NCBI GenBank assembly: GCA_964607415.1
Contig: CAZSKK010000002.1
Location: 158,380 to 222,379 of the forward strand
Origin: an uncultured Candidatus Saccharibacteria bacterium
GTDB lineage: Bacteria > Patescibacteriota > Dojkabacteria > J137
DNA length: 64,000 bases
Reading direction: 5' to 3'
Both the position numbers and the translations under genes were made by a program. Under the pieces are notes generated by a model. The model saw only the letters and a program-made list of their open reading frames with translations, did no database searches and was not told the origin of the DNA. Positions 54,856-64,000 of the stretch are shown in pieces. Position 1 is the stretch's first letter. Every line of letters begins with the position of its first letter.

Positions 54856-57030
54856 CTACGTCAAGCGCTCTAATTTAGCATATTCAAGCATAAGTTCTTT
54901 AACACCATAAACTGCTCCAAAATCAATTTCTACAAACTCATCGTCCATTCGAATTATTTTTCCTATTCCAAAGTAGTTGTGCTTAACTCTGTCTCCTACA
55001 GATAAATCTAAATCATTTTTCCATTCTGATACAACTTCATCCCAGTTGTTATCGAAGTAATTACTGGATGCACTCGTTCCTTCAAACTCAAGAAATTTAT
55101 CCTCAATATCGTTTATAAATCTGGAGACAGGGTTTGACTGTATGCTTCCAAAATAAAGCCGTGTTGTTGCATGGGTTAAAAATAACTTTTCTTTTGCTCT
55201 GGTTATTGCAACGTAAGCAAGCCTTCTTTCCTCTTCTAATTCTTTCTGATCCAAAATAGAGTTAGAATGAGGAAATAGATTTTCTTCAACACCAACAACA
55301 AATACATATTTAAACTCAAGTCCTTTTGCTGCATGAATTGTCATTAGCGTTACAGTTTCTTTTACCTGTTCTGTTCTTTCTTCCGCCTCTTGAAGTAATG
55401 ATACTTCATCTAAAAACATTTCCAAGCCAATCAAAGGTTCCTCCCCTTCATACCTTGATGCCACACTAACAAGCTCTTTTAAGTTTTCAATTCTAGACTC
55501 ATTTTCTAACGTTCCGTCACTTAAAAATTTTATATATCCGGTTCTCTCAAGTACGTAGTTTATAAGTTCAACTACATTTAAAGTTTTAGATTTATTAATT
55601 AAATCATTAACAATTGCCGCAAACTCTTTTATGCCCGAGTTTAACAAATCTGCCTGATAAGCTTTCAGCAAAAACTCCATTGGACTTAATGAACTTTCAG
55701 TGGCCTTAGCATTCAAATCAGCTAAAGTTTTGTCTCCAATTCCTCGCTTGGGAACGTTAATTATCCTTTCTAAATTTTTGTTGTCCCTAGGATTGTATAT
55801 CAATCTTAAATAAGAGATTATGTCTTTAATTTCTTTACGTTCATAAAACTTAAAACCTCCAACAATTTTGTATGGGATTGCAGATTGTAAAAAAGCCTCT
55901 TCTAAACTTCTGGATTGTGCATTAGTTCTATATAAAATTGCAATATCAGAAAGAGGGCAGTTTTTTGATATTTCAGTAATTTTGTCTGTAACCCACTTTG
56001 CTTCGTCTACTTCGTTTCTTGCAGTGTAAACGGTAATATTCTCGCCTTCAAGATTGTCTGTCCATAATTTCTTATCTTTCCTACTTTTATTTTTACTAAT
56101 AACGTTATACGAAGCTTCTAAGATTTTCTTTGTGGATCTGTAATTTTGTTCTAATTTTATAATTTCACAATCGGGATAATCTTTTTCGAAGTTTAGAATG
56201 TTTTTAATTGTAGCCCCCCTAAATGCGTAAATGCTCTGGTCGTCATCTCCAACACAGCAAATATTTTTATGTAGGTTTGCCAACATACTAATTAAAATAT
56301 ACTGTGCATGATTTGTGTCCTGGTACTCATCCACCAGAATATATTTAAATCTTTCCTGATATTTTTTCAGAACTTCGGGATTTTCTTTAAAGAGTTTTAC
56401 TGTGAACATTATCAAGTCGTCAAAGTCACAAGCATTATTTTGCTTTAAAATTTTTTGATACTCCGGGTAAACTTGTGCAACAATTCCTTGAAAATATCCA
56501 GACGCAAAACTTTCGTAAGCTTCAGAATCAATCAGTTCATTTTTGGCAGAAGAAATATAGTTTTTAATTGCCCTCGGATTAAATTCTTTTGTTGAGATAT
56601 TTAAATTTTTCATTGCCTCTTTTATTGCAACATCTTGATCTGAAGAATCATATATCGAAAAATTCCTTCCTAGCCCAATCAACTCTCCTTCTCGCTTTAA
56701 AATTTTTACACAAATGGAATGAAACGTTCCCATCCATAAGAAGCCTCCAGTTACCTGCTTTCTGCTATCTGCTTGACCTTCAGCTGATAGCTGATGGCTG
56801 TCAGGTGTTAACTTTTCTATTCGTTCTCGCATTTCTGCTGCCGCTTTATTAGTAAAAGTCATTGCTAAAATATTTTGTGGAGATGCAAGACCTGTATCAA
56901 CAATATATGCGATTCTATATGTTAAAGCCTTGGTTTTTCCCGAACCTGCTCCTGCAAGAACCAAAACTGCACCTTCAGTGGTTTCAACTGCTTTTCTTTG
57001 TTGTATATTTAGTACCGAAAGATCCAACAT
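54856..57030 (-). CDS. pcrA: ATP-dependent DNA helicase UvrD/PcrA family
   Basis: Walker A AGAGSGKTKALTYRI. Helicase motifs II (DEYQDTN) through VI. 724 aa. Confidence 0.85.
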   Translation of the reverse strand: MLDLSVLNIQQRKAVETTEGAVLVLAGAGSGKTKALTYRIAYIVDTGLASPQNILAMTFTNKAAAEMRERIEKLTPDSHQLSAEGQADSRKQVTGGFLWMGTFHSICVKILKREGELIGLGRNFSIYDSSDQDVAIKEAMKNLNISTKEFNPRAIKNYISSAKNELIDSEAYESFASGYFQGIVAQVYPEYQKILKQNNACDFDDLIMFTVKLFKENPEVLKKYQERFKYILVDEYQDTNHAQYILISMLANLHKNICCVGDDDQSIYAFRGATIKNILNFEKDYPDCEIIKLEQNYRSTKKILEASYNVISKNKSRKDKKLWTDNLEGENITVYTARNEVDEAKWVTDKITEISKNCPLSDIAILYRTNAQSRSLEEAFLQSAIPYKIVGGFKFYERKEIKDIISYLRLIYNPRDNKNLERIINVPKRGIGDKTLADLNAKATESSLSPMEFLLKAYQADLLNSGIKEFAAIVNDLINKSKTLNVVELINYVLERTGYIKFLSDGTLENESRIENLKELVSVASRYEGEEPLIGLEMFLDEVSLLQEAEERTEQVKETVTLMTIHAAKGLEFKYVFVVGVEENLFPHSNSILDQKELEEERRLAYVAITRAKEKLFLTHATTRLYFGSIQSNPVSRFINDIEDKFLEFEGTSASSNYFDNNWDEVVSEWKNDLDLSVGDRVKHNYFGIGKIIRMDDEFVEIDFGAVYGVKELMLEYAKLERLT

Positions 57031-57136
57031 AATAGTAAGTAGCTTATGGAAAATGATTTTGCAATTTTCGCAACTATTTGCGATCGCCTTTCAACGGTCA
57101 ACTAATATTTTAACAGGTTTAGCTGGGGGATTTATA

Positions 57137-57514
57137 TCACAATTTTTTTATTGCAGCATTGTATTTGGATACAAAATTTAGAGATTCTGCAAAAAATTCT
57201 CTGTTCCACTCTGTAAGTCTTTTTTGATCCCTAAACTCCACAAAAACTACAAACTCCTTTAAATATTTTACAAGCTTGTCTGTACAACTAGAATATCTAT
57301 TAGGAACAAATTGAAAAGGAGAAACTCCAGTTATTTTAAATTTATTTGGCGATTGCTCTTCCAAATTTATAAATGAAGATTGAATTTCTGAGCTTAATGA
57401 ATCTGGAGCATTGCTCATGATATCCATCCAAAAAAGCCAAACCCTATTCTCCTTATCTCGTCTTATTTTAAAGTCATTATATTCATCTTCTATAACAAAG
57501 ATCATTTTTTGCAT
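57137..57514 (-). CDS. Hypothetical protein (125 aa)
   Basis: ORF only. Confidence 0.35.
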   Translation of the reverse strand: MQKMIFVIEDEYNDFKIRRDKENRVWLFWMDIMSNAPDSLSSEIQSSFINLEEQSPNKFKITGVSPFQFVPNRYSSCTDKLVKYLKEFVVFVEFRDQKRLTEWNREFFAESLNFVSKYNAAIKKL

Positions 57515-57645
57515 AATTTTTCAATAACTATGATAGATTATATATCACGATTATAAAATTTACAAGACAAGAATAGTCCAAAACCCTTAGCAGGATTAAT
57601 TTAGACAGCAAAATTTGGCAGCAAATTTTATATTTATTAGAATTT

Positions 57646-58236
57646 TTACAAAGATCGCGTGATATCTTCGTTGATAATTCCCCTAACAGTGGCATTAAAA
57701 GAAGATTTTTTATCAATTCGTTGTCGTTTTTGAATATGGTCCACCTGCTCTTGAGTAAATTCTATAGGAATCCTTTTCACGAAAATGCCTTTCTGAGCTT
57801 TTTTCAAAAAACTTTCAATTCTTTCTTTTAAATTATATTTATTATACTTATAAATAGTTAGTAGTTTTGACGGATTGCCTCTAAGGGGAGCTCCGGGGAC
57901 AGTTTTTACTTTATCGGACCTCAAAACTAGCACTGGCTTATCATTAGCAACTGCATAACCTATCTCATACCCAACAGCTGAGCTCGGATGACTTAGTTCT
58001 GCAATAAATATATCTGCTTCTTTTATTTTTTTTTGAACTGAAACATAGTAATCTGTAATCTTTTCCTTGCTAAATCCGTGTGCTTCCTCAATACCTATAT
58101 TATTGACATCATCCCAAACGATAAAACCTAAGTCTCTTAGGATTGAAGCAATTTGTTCAAAGTATTTACCATATTGCTCTTTAGCTGCCAGCGAAGCTAC
58201 AAAGTATACCTTTTTTTTGTTAAAGCTCTTTTCCAT
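57646..58236 (-). CDS. NDT-like (SLOG-type) domain fused to C-terminal ribbon-helix-helix (paralog 3 of 3)
   Basis: KKVYFVASLAAKEQ...ADIFIAELSHPSSAVGYEIGYAVANDKPVLVL is the NDT-like core. C-terminal RIPIEFTQEQVDHIQKRQRIDKKSSFNATVRGIINEDI is the RHH. Overlaps the upstream methyltransferase gene by 17 nt, so an operon is likely. Confidence 0.55.
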   Translation of the reverse strand: MEKSFNKKKVYFVASLAAKEQYGKYFEQIASILRDLGFIVWDDVNNIGIEEAHGFSKEKITDYYVSVQKKIKEADIFIAELSHPSSAVGYEIGYAVANDKPVLVLRSDKVKTVPGAPLRGNPSKLLTIYKYNKYNLKERIESFLKKAQKGIFVKRIPIEFTQEQVDHIQKRQRIDKKSSFNATVRGIINEDITRSL

Positions 58237-59182
58237 ATCTTGATTTTAACGCCTGATCACTTAATTTTACAAATTTTAAAACTGCAAACATAGTATTAAA
58301 AATATTCTGCAAGAAAATATGCGGCTTTGCTGCAAAAGCCTCCTCAGTATTTTCTATGCTAGGTTCCCACATTCCGATCAAACCAAAACCTTCTCTGGCA
58401 AATGAGTTTACATAAAACTGGAATGGTCGAACAAAGAAATCTGTAGTTTCCAAGACTTCTCCTTTTTGATCTTTCCAGTCATATTGCAACTTTTTATGTA
58501 ACAAATACTGCTCCCCTCCTTCTATCTGCGAAAGGTTTCTAAATCTGCTTATCGATGAAAGGTTTGGGTGAGGAATAACCACATAACAATCGCCACCTGA
58601 TCTAAGTAATCTTCTTGTCTCTTTAATTACAGCAACCACTTCTTCATCGTTAATTGACTGCAAAAGCATTACTTGTAAAACAATGCTGAAGCTACTATCT
58701 TCTATACTTAATCTTTGTGCATCCCCTTTTACAAAAGAAACTTCTGCGCCGTCACCTGGTTTTATAAATCTATAAACATTAGATCGTGCTTTAGAAAGCA
58801 TTTCGTTCGAGTTATCTACCCCTACTATTTGTAGGCCGGGAAATTCTTGAGCCAAACTACACATTAGCAAGCCATTTCCACACCCTAAATCTAGCACAGG
58901 TTTTTCTTTTATTTCATTTGCCCATACGAAATCTTCAGTTAACTCCCGTATTAAAGTTGGAAGAATAACAAATTGATGAGCGTAATCTATTTGCTCTTTA
59001 ATTGAGTGGTAATAATTAGCTGCTACTGTATCCCACGGATTGTAACCTTCTAGACCTTCTGACATTTTTACAAAATTTTCTCTAAATTTTTTCTCAAGGC
59101 ATGAATAATTATAACAGATGGAAATATTTTTGTCTGTTGCAATTTTCAATTGCCTTTTTTTCCAATCTAATACTATAATCAC
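58220..59182 (-). CDS. Class I SAM-dependent methyltransferase
   Basis: Motif I VLDLGCGNGLL. Acidic motif II VGVDNS. Confidence 0.65.
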   Translation of the reverse strand: MIIVLDWKKRQLKIATDKNISICYNYSCLEKKFRENFVKMSEGLEGYNPWDTVAANYYHSIKEQIDYAHQFVILPTLIRELTEDFVWANEIKEKPVLDLGCGNGLLMCSLAQEFPGLQIVGVDNSNEMLSKARSNVYRFIKPGDGAEVSFVKGDAQRLSIEDSSFSIVLQVMLLQSINDEEVVAVIKETRRLLRSGGDCYVVIPHPNLSSISRFRNLSQIEGGEQYLLHKKLQYDWKDQKGEVLETTDFFVRPFQFYVNSFAREGFGLIGMWEPSIENTEEAFAAKPHIFLQNIFNTMFAVLKFVKLSDQALKSRYGKEL

Positions 59183-59185
59183 ATT

Positions 59186-60994
59186 ATGCGTAAAATCATT
59201 CTAAGCCTAATCTTTACTCCTATTTTCTTTATTGCTTTAAAGCATAATGTCAGTGCTTTTATTATTGACAAAGATTACACCAGAAGTTACGAGCTTAAAG
59301 AAGAATTTGTTCAAATTAATGAAACAAAAACTATAAAAGTTGTTCAAAAAGACTGGTACATTTCTCAAGGTTCTCAAGAAGGTTTTACAATTTTTTATCC
59401 CATAGAAAAAGACCCTGATAAAGAAGCAAAGATACAAAAGACTATCGAATCGATACGGATAACGGACAGATTTGGCAACTCTCTCGATTTCCAAACCGAG
59501 GAACTTCAAAGTGGAAACATTTTTATTAAAGTGACATTTCCAGAAAGAATAGATTTTAATGAAAACTACATTATAAATTTAAACTATCGTTCTTACGGAC
59601 TTTCAGTAAAAAGTGGCAAGATTTATGATCTTTACATCCCGGCTTTTTCTACTTCGTACGAATTTGAAAATTCAGAATTCAGGGAAAACGTTAAAACAAC
59701 TATCAAAATTAATAAGTTGTTTGGCGATGTAAATTTTGTTTCACCAGAAACTCATGTAGGTGACGATGGAACAAGCTGGGTTATTGATATTCCGAGAGAG
59801 AATTTAATAGGTGAAACCAACTGGATTCAAATTGGAACAACTCAATACTACTCTTTTTCCATAAAACAACCTTATGTTGCAACAAGTGAATTTCCTTTTT
59901 ACTTCAATACATTTAAGATTCCAATTCCAAGAGATATTGAAAGTGGCCCAATTTCACAAAAAGTGTTTTTTACAAATATTTCACCAAAACCGGAGAGTAT
60001 AACAACTGATATTGATGGTAACCTTATTGCTGAATTTAAAGTTCCAGCAACTGAGGCCGGTGAGATTTCAATTACAGGTTATGGAATCTTGACACAGGAT
60101 AAGAATTTCAAAATTGAAAATGCTGGATTAATAAACGACTTTAAACCTGAGTTAATCGCCCGCAATACCGCATCTGCACAATTCTGGGAGTCCGATGTTC
60201 CTGAATTAAAAAATGTTGCTTTAGAATTAAAAGGTGATAAAACTGATGTATTTAAAATTGTACAAGATACATACAAATATGTTGTAGACAAAATCGATTA
60301 CAGTAATGTTAAACGCTTTGGAATAAACGAAAGACAAGGAGCTTTAAAAACTCTACAAGGGGGAGCTGCAGTTTGCATGGAATACTCAGATTTATTCATT
60401 GCCCTAATGCGAGCTCAAGGTATTCCTGCAAGGGCAGGATTTGGATATGGATATTCAGCACTTGACTATGATGCTAATGAAGAGAAAACAGTAAATCATC
60501 AATGGGCTGAGGTTTATCTACCAGCTTTAAATAAATGGATAAATGTTGATACAACATGGGGGGAAGAAGGTCCTGAATTGATTGGGGGGGACCTAAACCA
60601 CTTTTACTTTTATGTTGCATCTCTCGGCCCAGAGCAACCCAGCTCAACAGAAGTTCAATTTTTTGGAAATTTATCAGAAATTCCTAAAAAAGTAGTAACC
60701 GTGGATACAGTCGAAGAGCTGCCGGCAGGAGGTAAAGATCAGAATACAATATTAGAAGAAAACAAACCCATAAGCGGCAACAGCTATCTTCACAAACTTG
60801 AACAAGTGCTTGACCAAATATATAAATTCATTAATACAAAAGTAAATGACTTTATTAATAAAGTCTTCCCTGAAATCAGTAATAATCAAAGAACAGCAGT
60901 TAAGATTGGTTTTATAACATTTCTTATTGTAGTAGTTTTTAGTCCGCTAGCATTAAGATTTTTATTTAGAAGAAACAAGGACAAAACTAATTAA
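59186..60994 (+). CDS. Transglutaminase-like domain membrane-anchored protein
   Basis: Signal peptide. Transglutaminase core GGAAVCMEYSDLFIALMRAQGIPARAGFGY with Cys/His/Asp. C-terminal TM helix. Confidence 0.65.
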   Translation: MRKIILSLIFTPIFFIALKHNVSAFIIDKDYTRSYELKEEFVQINETKTIKVVQKDWYISQGSQEGFTIFYPIEKDPDKEAKIQKTIESIRITDRFGNSLDFQTEELQSGNIFIKVTFPERIDFNENYIINLNYRSYGLSVKSGKIYDLYIPAFSTSYEFENSEFRENVKTTIKINKLFGDVNFVSPETHVGDDGTSWVIDIPRENLIGETNWIQIGTTQYYSFSIKQPYVATSEFPFYFNTFKIPIPRDIESGPISQKVFFTNISPKPESITTDIDGNLIAEFKVPATEAGEISITGYGILTQDKNFKIENAGLINDFKPELIARNTASAQFWESDVPELKNVALELKGDKTDVFKIVQDTYKYVVDKIDYSNVKRFGINERQGALKTLQGGAAVCMEYSDLFIALMRAQGIPARAGFGYGYSALDYDANEEKTVNHQWAEVYLPALNKWINVDTTWGEEGPELIGGDLNHFYFYVASLGPEQPSSTEVQFFGNLSEIPKKVVTVDTVEELPAGGKDQNTILEENKPISGNSYLHKLEQVLDQIYKFINTKVNDFINKVFPEISNNQRTAVKIGFITFLIVVVFSPLALRFLFRRNKDKTN

Positions 60995-61038
60995 CAACCT
61001 GCTTTGACTTTTGAGTTTTTCTTACCTATACTGAAAAT

Positions 61039-61713
61039 ATGGAATCTTCAAGTGATAAAAAAATCAAGTTAAATACATCGCTGCCACTATTTACTAAGCT
61101 TTTTTCGTGGAGTTCTCCAGAGCGAGAATGGTCTGAAAAAACCAGAGCTTGGTATGTGGTTTACTCTGCTTTTTTTGTGTTTATAATTGCAATAGCTGCA
61201 ATCCTTGGTCAATACCTTTTAATAATGGCAATAATAGCTTTTGTTTTTCTCTGGTTTACACAGGCTGCTATTCCACCTCAGGTTTCTGAGCACATAATAA
61301 CAACTATTGGAATTAAGTCATTTGATAAACTTTTTAAATGGAAAGATATTAAGCAATTCTGGTTTGCAATTAAAAATGAAACTAAGTTTTTAATTATCGA
61401 TGTAATTGAAGATCCGGAAAAACCAAACACCTATAAACGAATATCAATTATCGTAAATAAAAATGACGATAAGGAAATATTTTTTATTTTGCTTAACTAC
61501 ATTGATTATGGTGACAGAAAGGAAGTTGGATATAATTTTCTAACTCAAATTATTCACGGACAAATTATTGATATTTCATATTATCTGCCAGAAGAAATTT
61601 ATACCCAGGAACAATATTTAGAAGCTGAAAAACTTTTACCTGTTGGAAAAAAGAAAGCGTCTTTTAAAAAGCCAGATTTGAAAAGCAAAAAAGCTAAACA
61701 GCACAAGAGTTAA
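61039..61713 (+). CDS. Membrane protein (unknown function)
   Basis: Two TM helices, soluble C-terminal domain, basic tail. Confidence 0.4.
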   Translation: MESSSDKKIKLNTSLPLFTKLFSWSSPEREWSEKTRAWYVVYSAFFVFIIAIAAILGQYLLIMAIIAFVFLWFTQAAIPPQVSEHIITTIGIKSFDKLFKWKDIKQFWFAIKNETKFLIIDVIEDPEKPNTYKRISIIVNKNDDKEIFFILLNYIDYGDRKEVGYNFLTQIIHGQIIDISYYLPEEIYTQEQYLEAEKLLPVGKKKASFKKPDLKSKKAKQHKS

Positions 61714-61815
61714 TGAGGTAAAAAGTACTTTCCTCTCCTTTTAGTAGAGGTTGGGCTTGCGCAGTAAAACCGGGTGAGGTATTAACCCAAAGACTTAGGA
61801 TTTAAGTAATAAACT

Positions 61816-62250
61816 ATGAAAAAATTTTTAAAAGAATTTAGAGAATTTGCAGCTAGAGGTAATGTTATTGACTTAGCAGTTGGAGTAATTATGGGTGGAG
61901 CATTTGGGAAAATTGTAACTTCGCTAGTTGAAGATCTAATCATGCCTCCAATTGGAGTCCTGATTGGCGGTGTGAACTTTGCTGATTTAAGCGTTACTTT
62001 AAAAAATGCACGTGTTGATTCTAACGGATCAGTTATCGAAGCTGTAACTTGGAACTATGGAAACTTTATTCAAGTTACTTTCAACTTCTTAATTGTTGCC
62101 CTTTCAATATTTTTGCTAATAAAAGCTATAAATAAATTAAAAAGAGAAGACGAAAAGAAAAAAGAAATCAAGGAAGAAAAGAAAGTTGAAAAAAGTACTC
62201 AGGTAAAGTTGCTTGAGGAGATCAGAGATTTGCTGAAAGATGGTAAATAG
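61816..62250 (+). CDS. mscL: Large-conductance mechanosensitive channel
   Basis: [27 protein letters not shown]. Confidence 0.85.
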   Translation: MKKFLKEFREFAARGNVIDLAVGVIMGGAFGKIVTSLVEDLIMPPIGVLIGGVNFADLSVTLKNARVDSNGSVIEAVTWNYGNFIQVTFNFLIVALSIFLLIKAINKLKREDEKKKEIKEEKKVEKSTQVKLLEEIRDLLKDGK

Positions 62251-62303
62251 TGAATTTGTAAAATGTTAATTAGCATTATCACAAATTAACCTAAAAACCA
62301 AAA

Positions 62304-62915
62304 CTACTTACTAATATTAAGACTTCGCCATAATACTCTACAAGCAAGAGTTCTGTTAGGAGCCCAATTTGTAGAAAGCTCTAAAAGTTCTTTAGGTTTT
62401 ATATCCTCTGATACTTTATATTCTCGAATTATTGCCCTTTTTAGACCATAATCCCCTACTGAAAAGACATCAGGCCTTGCCATACTGAACATTAAAAACA
62501 TTTCAGAAGTCCACCTTCCAATACCTTTAATTTTTGTAAGTTCAGTAATTATGTCTTCATTTTCCATATCTTTAAACTTTCTATAATGCACACTTCCATC
62601 TTGCCAAGCTGTTGCAACATTTTTCATGTATGCAATTTTGGAATTAGAAGGCCCTGCTATTCTTAAAACTTCATGGCTAGCATTTAAAATGTTAGCTGGA
62701 GTTATTTCTCCATTTGGCAGTACAGATCTGACTTTATCTACAATTTTTGGTGCTACTTTTTCCGATAATTGCTGGCCAATAATTGATTGACATAAATCAG
62801 AAAAATACTCCGAAGGATCCAAAGGCGTTGGAACAGGAAGTTCGCCATAGTGAGCTACTACTTTCTGATAAAGCTTTTGCATTATTTTATCTTTTGGGAA
62901 TTTTGCCTTAATCAT
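62304..62915 (-). CDS. HhH-GPD family DNA glycosylase (AlkA/3-methyladenine glycosylase II-like)
   Basis: HhH motif LTKIKGIGRWTSEMF and catalytic Asp in VGDYGLKRAI. Confidence 0.6.
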   Translation of the reverse strand: MIKAKFPKDKIMQKLYQKVVAHYGELPVPTPLDPSEYFSDLCQSIIGQQLSEKVAPKIVDKVRSVLPNGEITPANILNASHEVLRIAGPSNSKIAYMKNVATAWQDGSVHYRKFKDMENEDIITELTKIKGIGRWTSEMFLMFSMARPDVFSVGDYGLKRAIIREYKVSEDIKPKELLELSTNWAPNRTLACRVLWRSLNISK

Positions 62916-62916
62916 T

Positions 62917-63465
62917 TTATTTCTTAGTTAAAATTAACTTCATATTTAATAGGTTCAAAAAGTTTATAATACCTCCAGCTAATTTCACAGCTACAAAGTC
63001 ATTAATAGCCCCATCTAATCTGCTTTTCGCAATTCCTAGGAGAAAATCATTTTTTGTTAGATATGGTATATTCAACCTGTTAAGCAATGAATCAATTTCA
63101 TCTTTTCTTATTTTTGAAAGATCTATGCTTTTCCAATCAAAATTGTTTTGCATTAGAACTTTATACGCATTAAGTATCTCTGGAGCGTTAATACCAAGCA
63201 CTTCGAATAAGCCCTCCGTAAACTTCATTTTTAAACCTTCGTCTTGATTTGTTATCTCCTGTTTATAATCATTAACAAAATTAATAAGGAAATTAAAAAC
63301 TGGTTCCGACTCTTTAAACACAGGTGGATTTAAAGCTGCAAATTCACTAACTACTTTCTTTACCAGCGCCTCAGAAGCTTGATCTAATCCTAAAGTGCTA
63401 ATTGCAGAATCATAATTGTGATAAACATCTTCTGTTATTTGTGACTCTAAAGAAGGGCTACTCAT
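62917..63465 (-). CDS. Hypothetical protein (182 aa), likely co-transcribed with the glycosylase
   Basis: The next gene starts 2 nt downstream. No motif recognised. Confidence 0.4.
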   Translation of the reverse strand: MSSPSLESQITEDVYHNYDSAISTLGLDQASEALVKKVVSEFAALNPPVFKESEPVFNFLINFVNDYKQEITNQDEGLKMKFTEGLFEVLGINAPEILNAYKVLMQNNFDWKSIDLSKIRKDEIDSLLNRLNIPYLTKNDFLLGIAKSRLDGAINDFVAVKLAGGIINFLNLLNMKLILTKK

Positions 63466-63507
63466 AGTTAAAAATAATATTTAAACTTTTTCATTATACA
63501 ACTAAAC

Positions 63508-63732
63508 CTACTTTCGTTTTAGAAGATTAACTTTATGTTTTCTGCCTAAAACATCGGATACAAAATCTTCAATTTGAATTTTCATTGATTGAGTTAATTT
63601 TCGTTTACCTTTTTTGATTTTGTACCTTCCCTTAAAGTAGTCTACTTCAAGCGTTGCAACATTACCTTCTACTCCAATATAATATTCACCTTTGGAAATA
63701 TATAACACTGAAAGTTTTTCGGAATTATTCAT
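63508..63732 (-). CDS. Small basic hypothetical protein (74 aa)
   Basis: ORF only. Confidence 0.3.
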   Translation of the reverse strand: MNNSEKLSVLYISKGEYYIGVEGNVATLEVDYFKGRYKIKKGKRKLTQSMKIQIEDFVSDVLGRKHKVNLLKRK

Positions 63733-64000
63733 GAACTTAAAATTAAAAGGTAAAATAGGCCAAAAAAGTTAAAGTAATTGGCTTACTTTTACATTTCTAA
63801 TTTAAGGAATACGAAACAGAAAGGTAAGCCATCTACTTTTTTGGCCTACAACAACAAGTATGTGAAGAAGAATTAATTTTCATTAAAAGAAGTATACCAC
63901 TAAATGTTTAAACGTTGTATGGTTTTAAAGTTAAAACGTTACAGTTTGCAAGTTAGTGTGGAAACTATATAATTTTGTATATTTTTTATTCTAAAAAAAT

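Noticed and set aside
1-64000. CRISPR arrays, rRNA genes, transposases, integrases, phage structural genes
   Set aside because: None observed. The repeated elements are short (28-60 bp), low-copy and lack the regular spacer architecture of CRISPR. No ORF shows DDE, serine or tyrosine recombinase motifs.

Overview
This is a low-GC (about 30%) bacterial chromosomal segment. It is densely packed with small genes and short intergenic gaps, and it uses the standard genetic code. The gene content points to a reduced, fermentative genome with a Gram-positive-like wall and candidate-phyla-radiation (CPR)/Patescibacteria-like traits. Supporting genes include type-2 IleS, a fused PorG-PorA 2-oxoacid:ferredoxin oxidoreductase with an ADP-forming acetyl-CoA synthetase and flavodoxin, two TrmB-family regulators, sortase, a FemAB peptidyltransferase, a MurF-like ligase, cell-wall amidases and a heliorhodopsin.

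Core housekeeping genes that I recognise with confidence are ileS (preceded by a T-box-like leader), lepB, parA/parB, rny, rpoD, the ftsQ-like/ftsA/ftsZ division cluster, rpsO, trmD, fmt, uvrD/pcrA, mscL and a TrmH/SpoU methyltransferase. There are also two tRNAs, Asn-GTT on the + strand and Pro-TGG on the - strand. No CRISPR array, rRNA or obvious transposase was seen.

Non-housekeeping items worth a second look:
- A 7TM heliorhodopsin immediately upstream of two very large envelope proteins.
- Three dispersed paralogs in which a nucleoside-2-deoxyribosyltransferase-like (NDT-like/SLOG-type) domain is fused to a C-terminal ribbon-helix-helix DNA-binding module. Two of them carry 12-bp perfect palindromes upstream, and one sits beside a NADAR gene.
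- A single-chain HEPN-nucleotidyltransferase fusion.
- A Phd/YefM-like plus PIN (VapBC-type) pair abutting tRNA-Pro.
- Three families of short repeated intergenic elements: a ~60-bp element with 10-bp terminal inverted repeats flanking fmt, a TGAATC/TGATTC heptad promoter-proximal motif upstream of four unrelated genes, and a 28-mer.
- Two GC-rich, hairpin-dense noncoding patches (26566-26761 and 51236-51370) that may encode structured RNAs.
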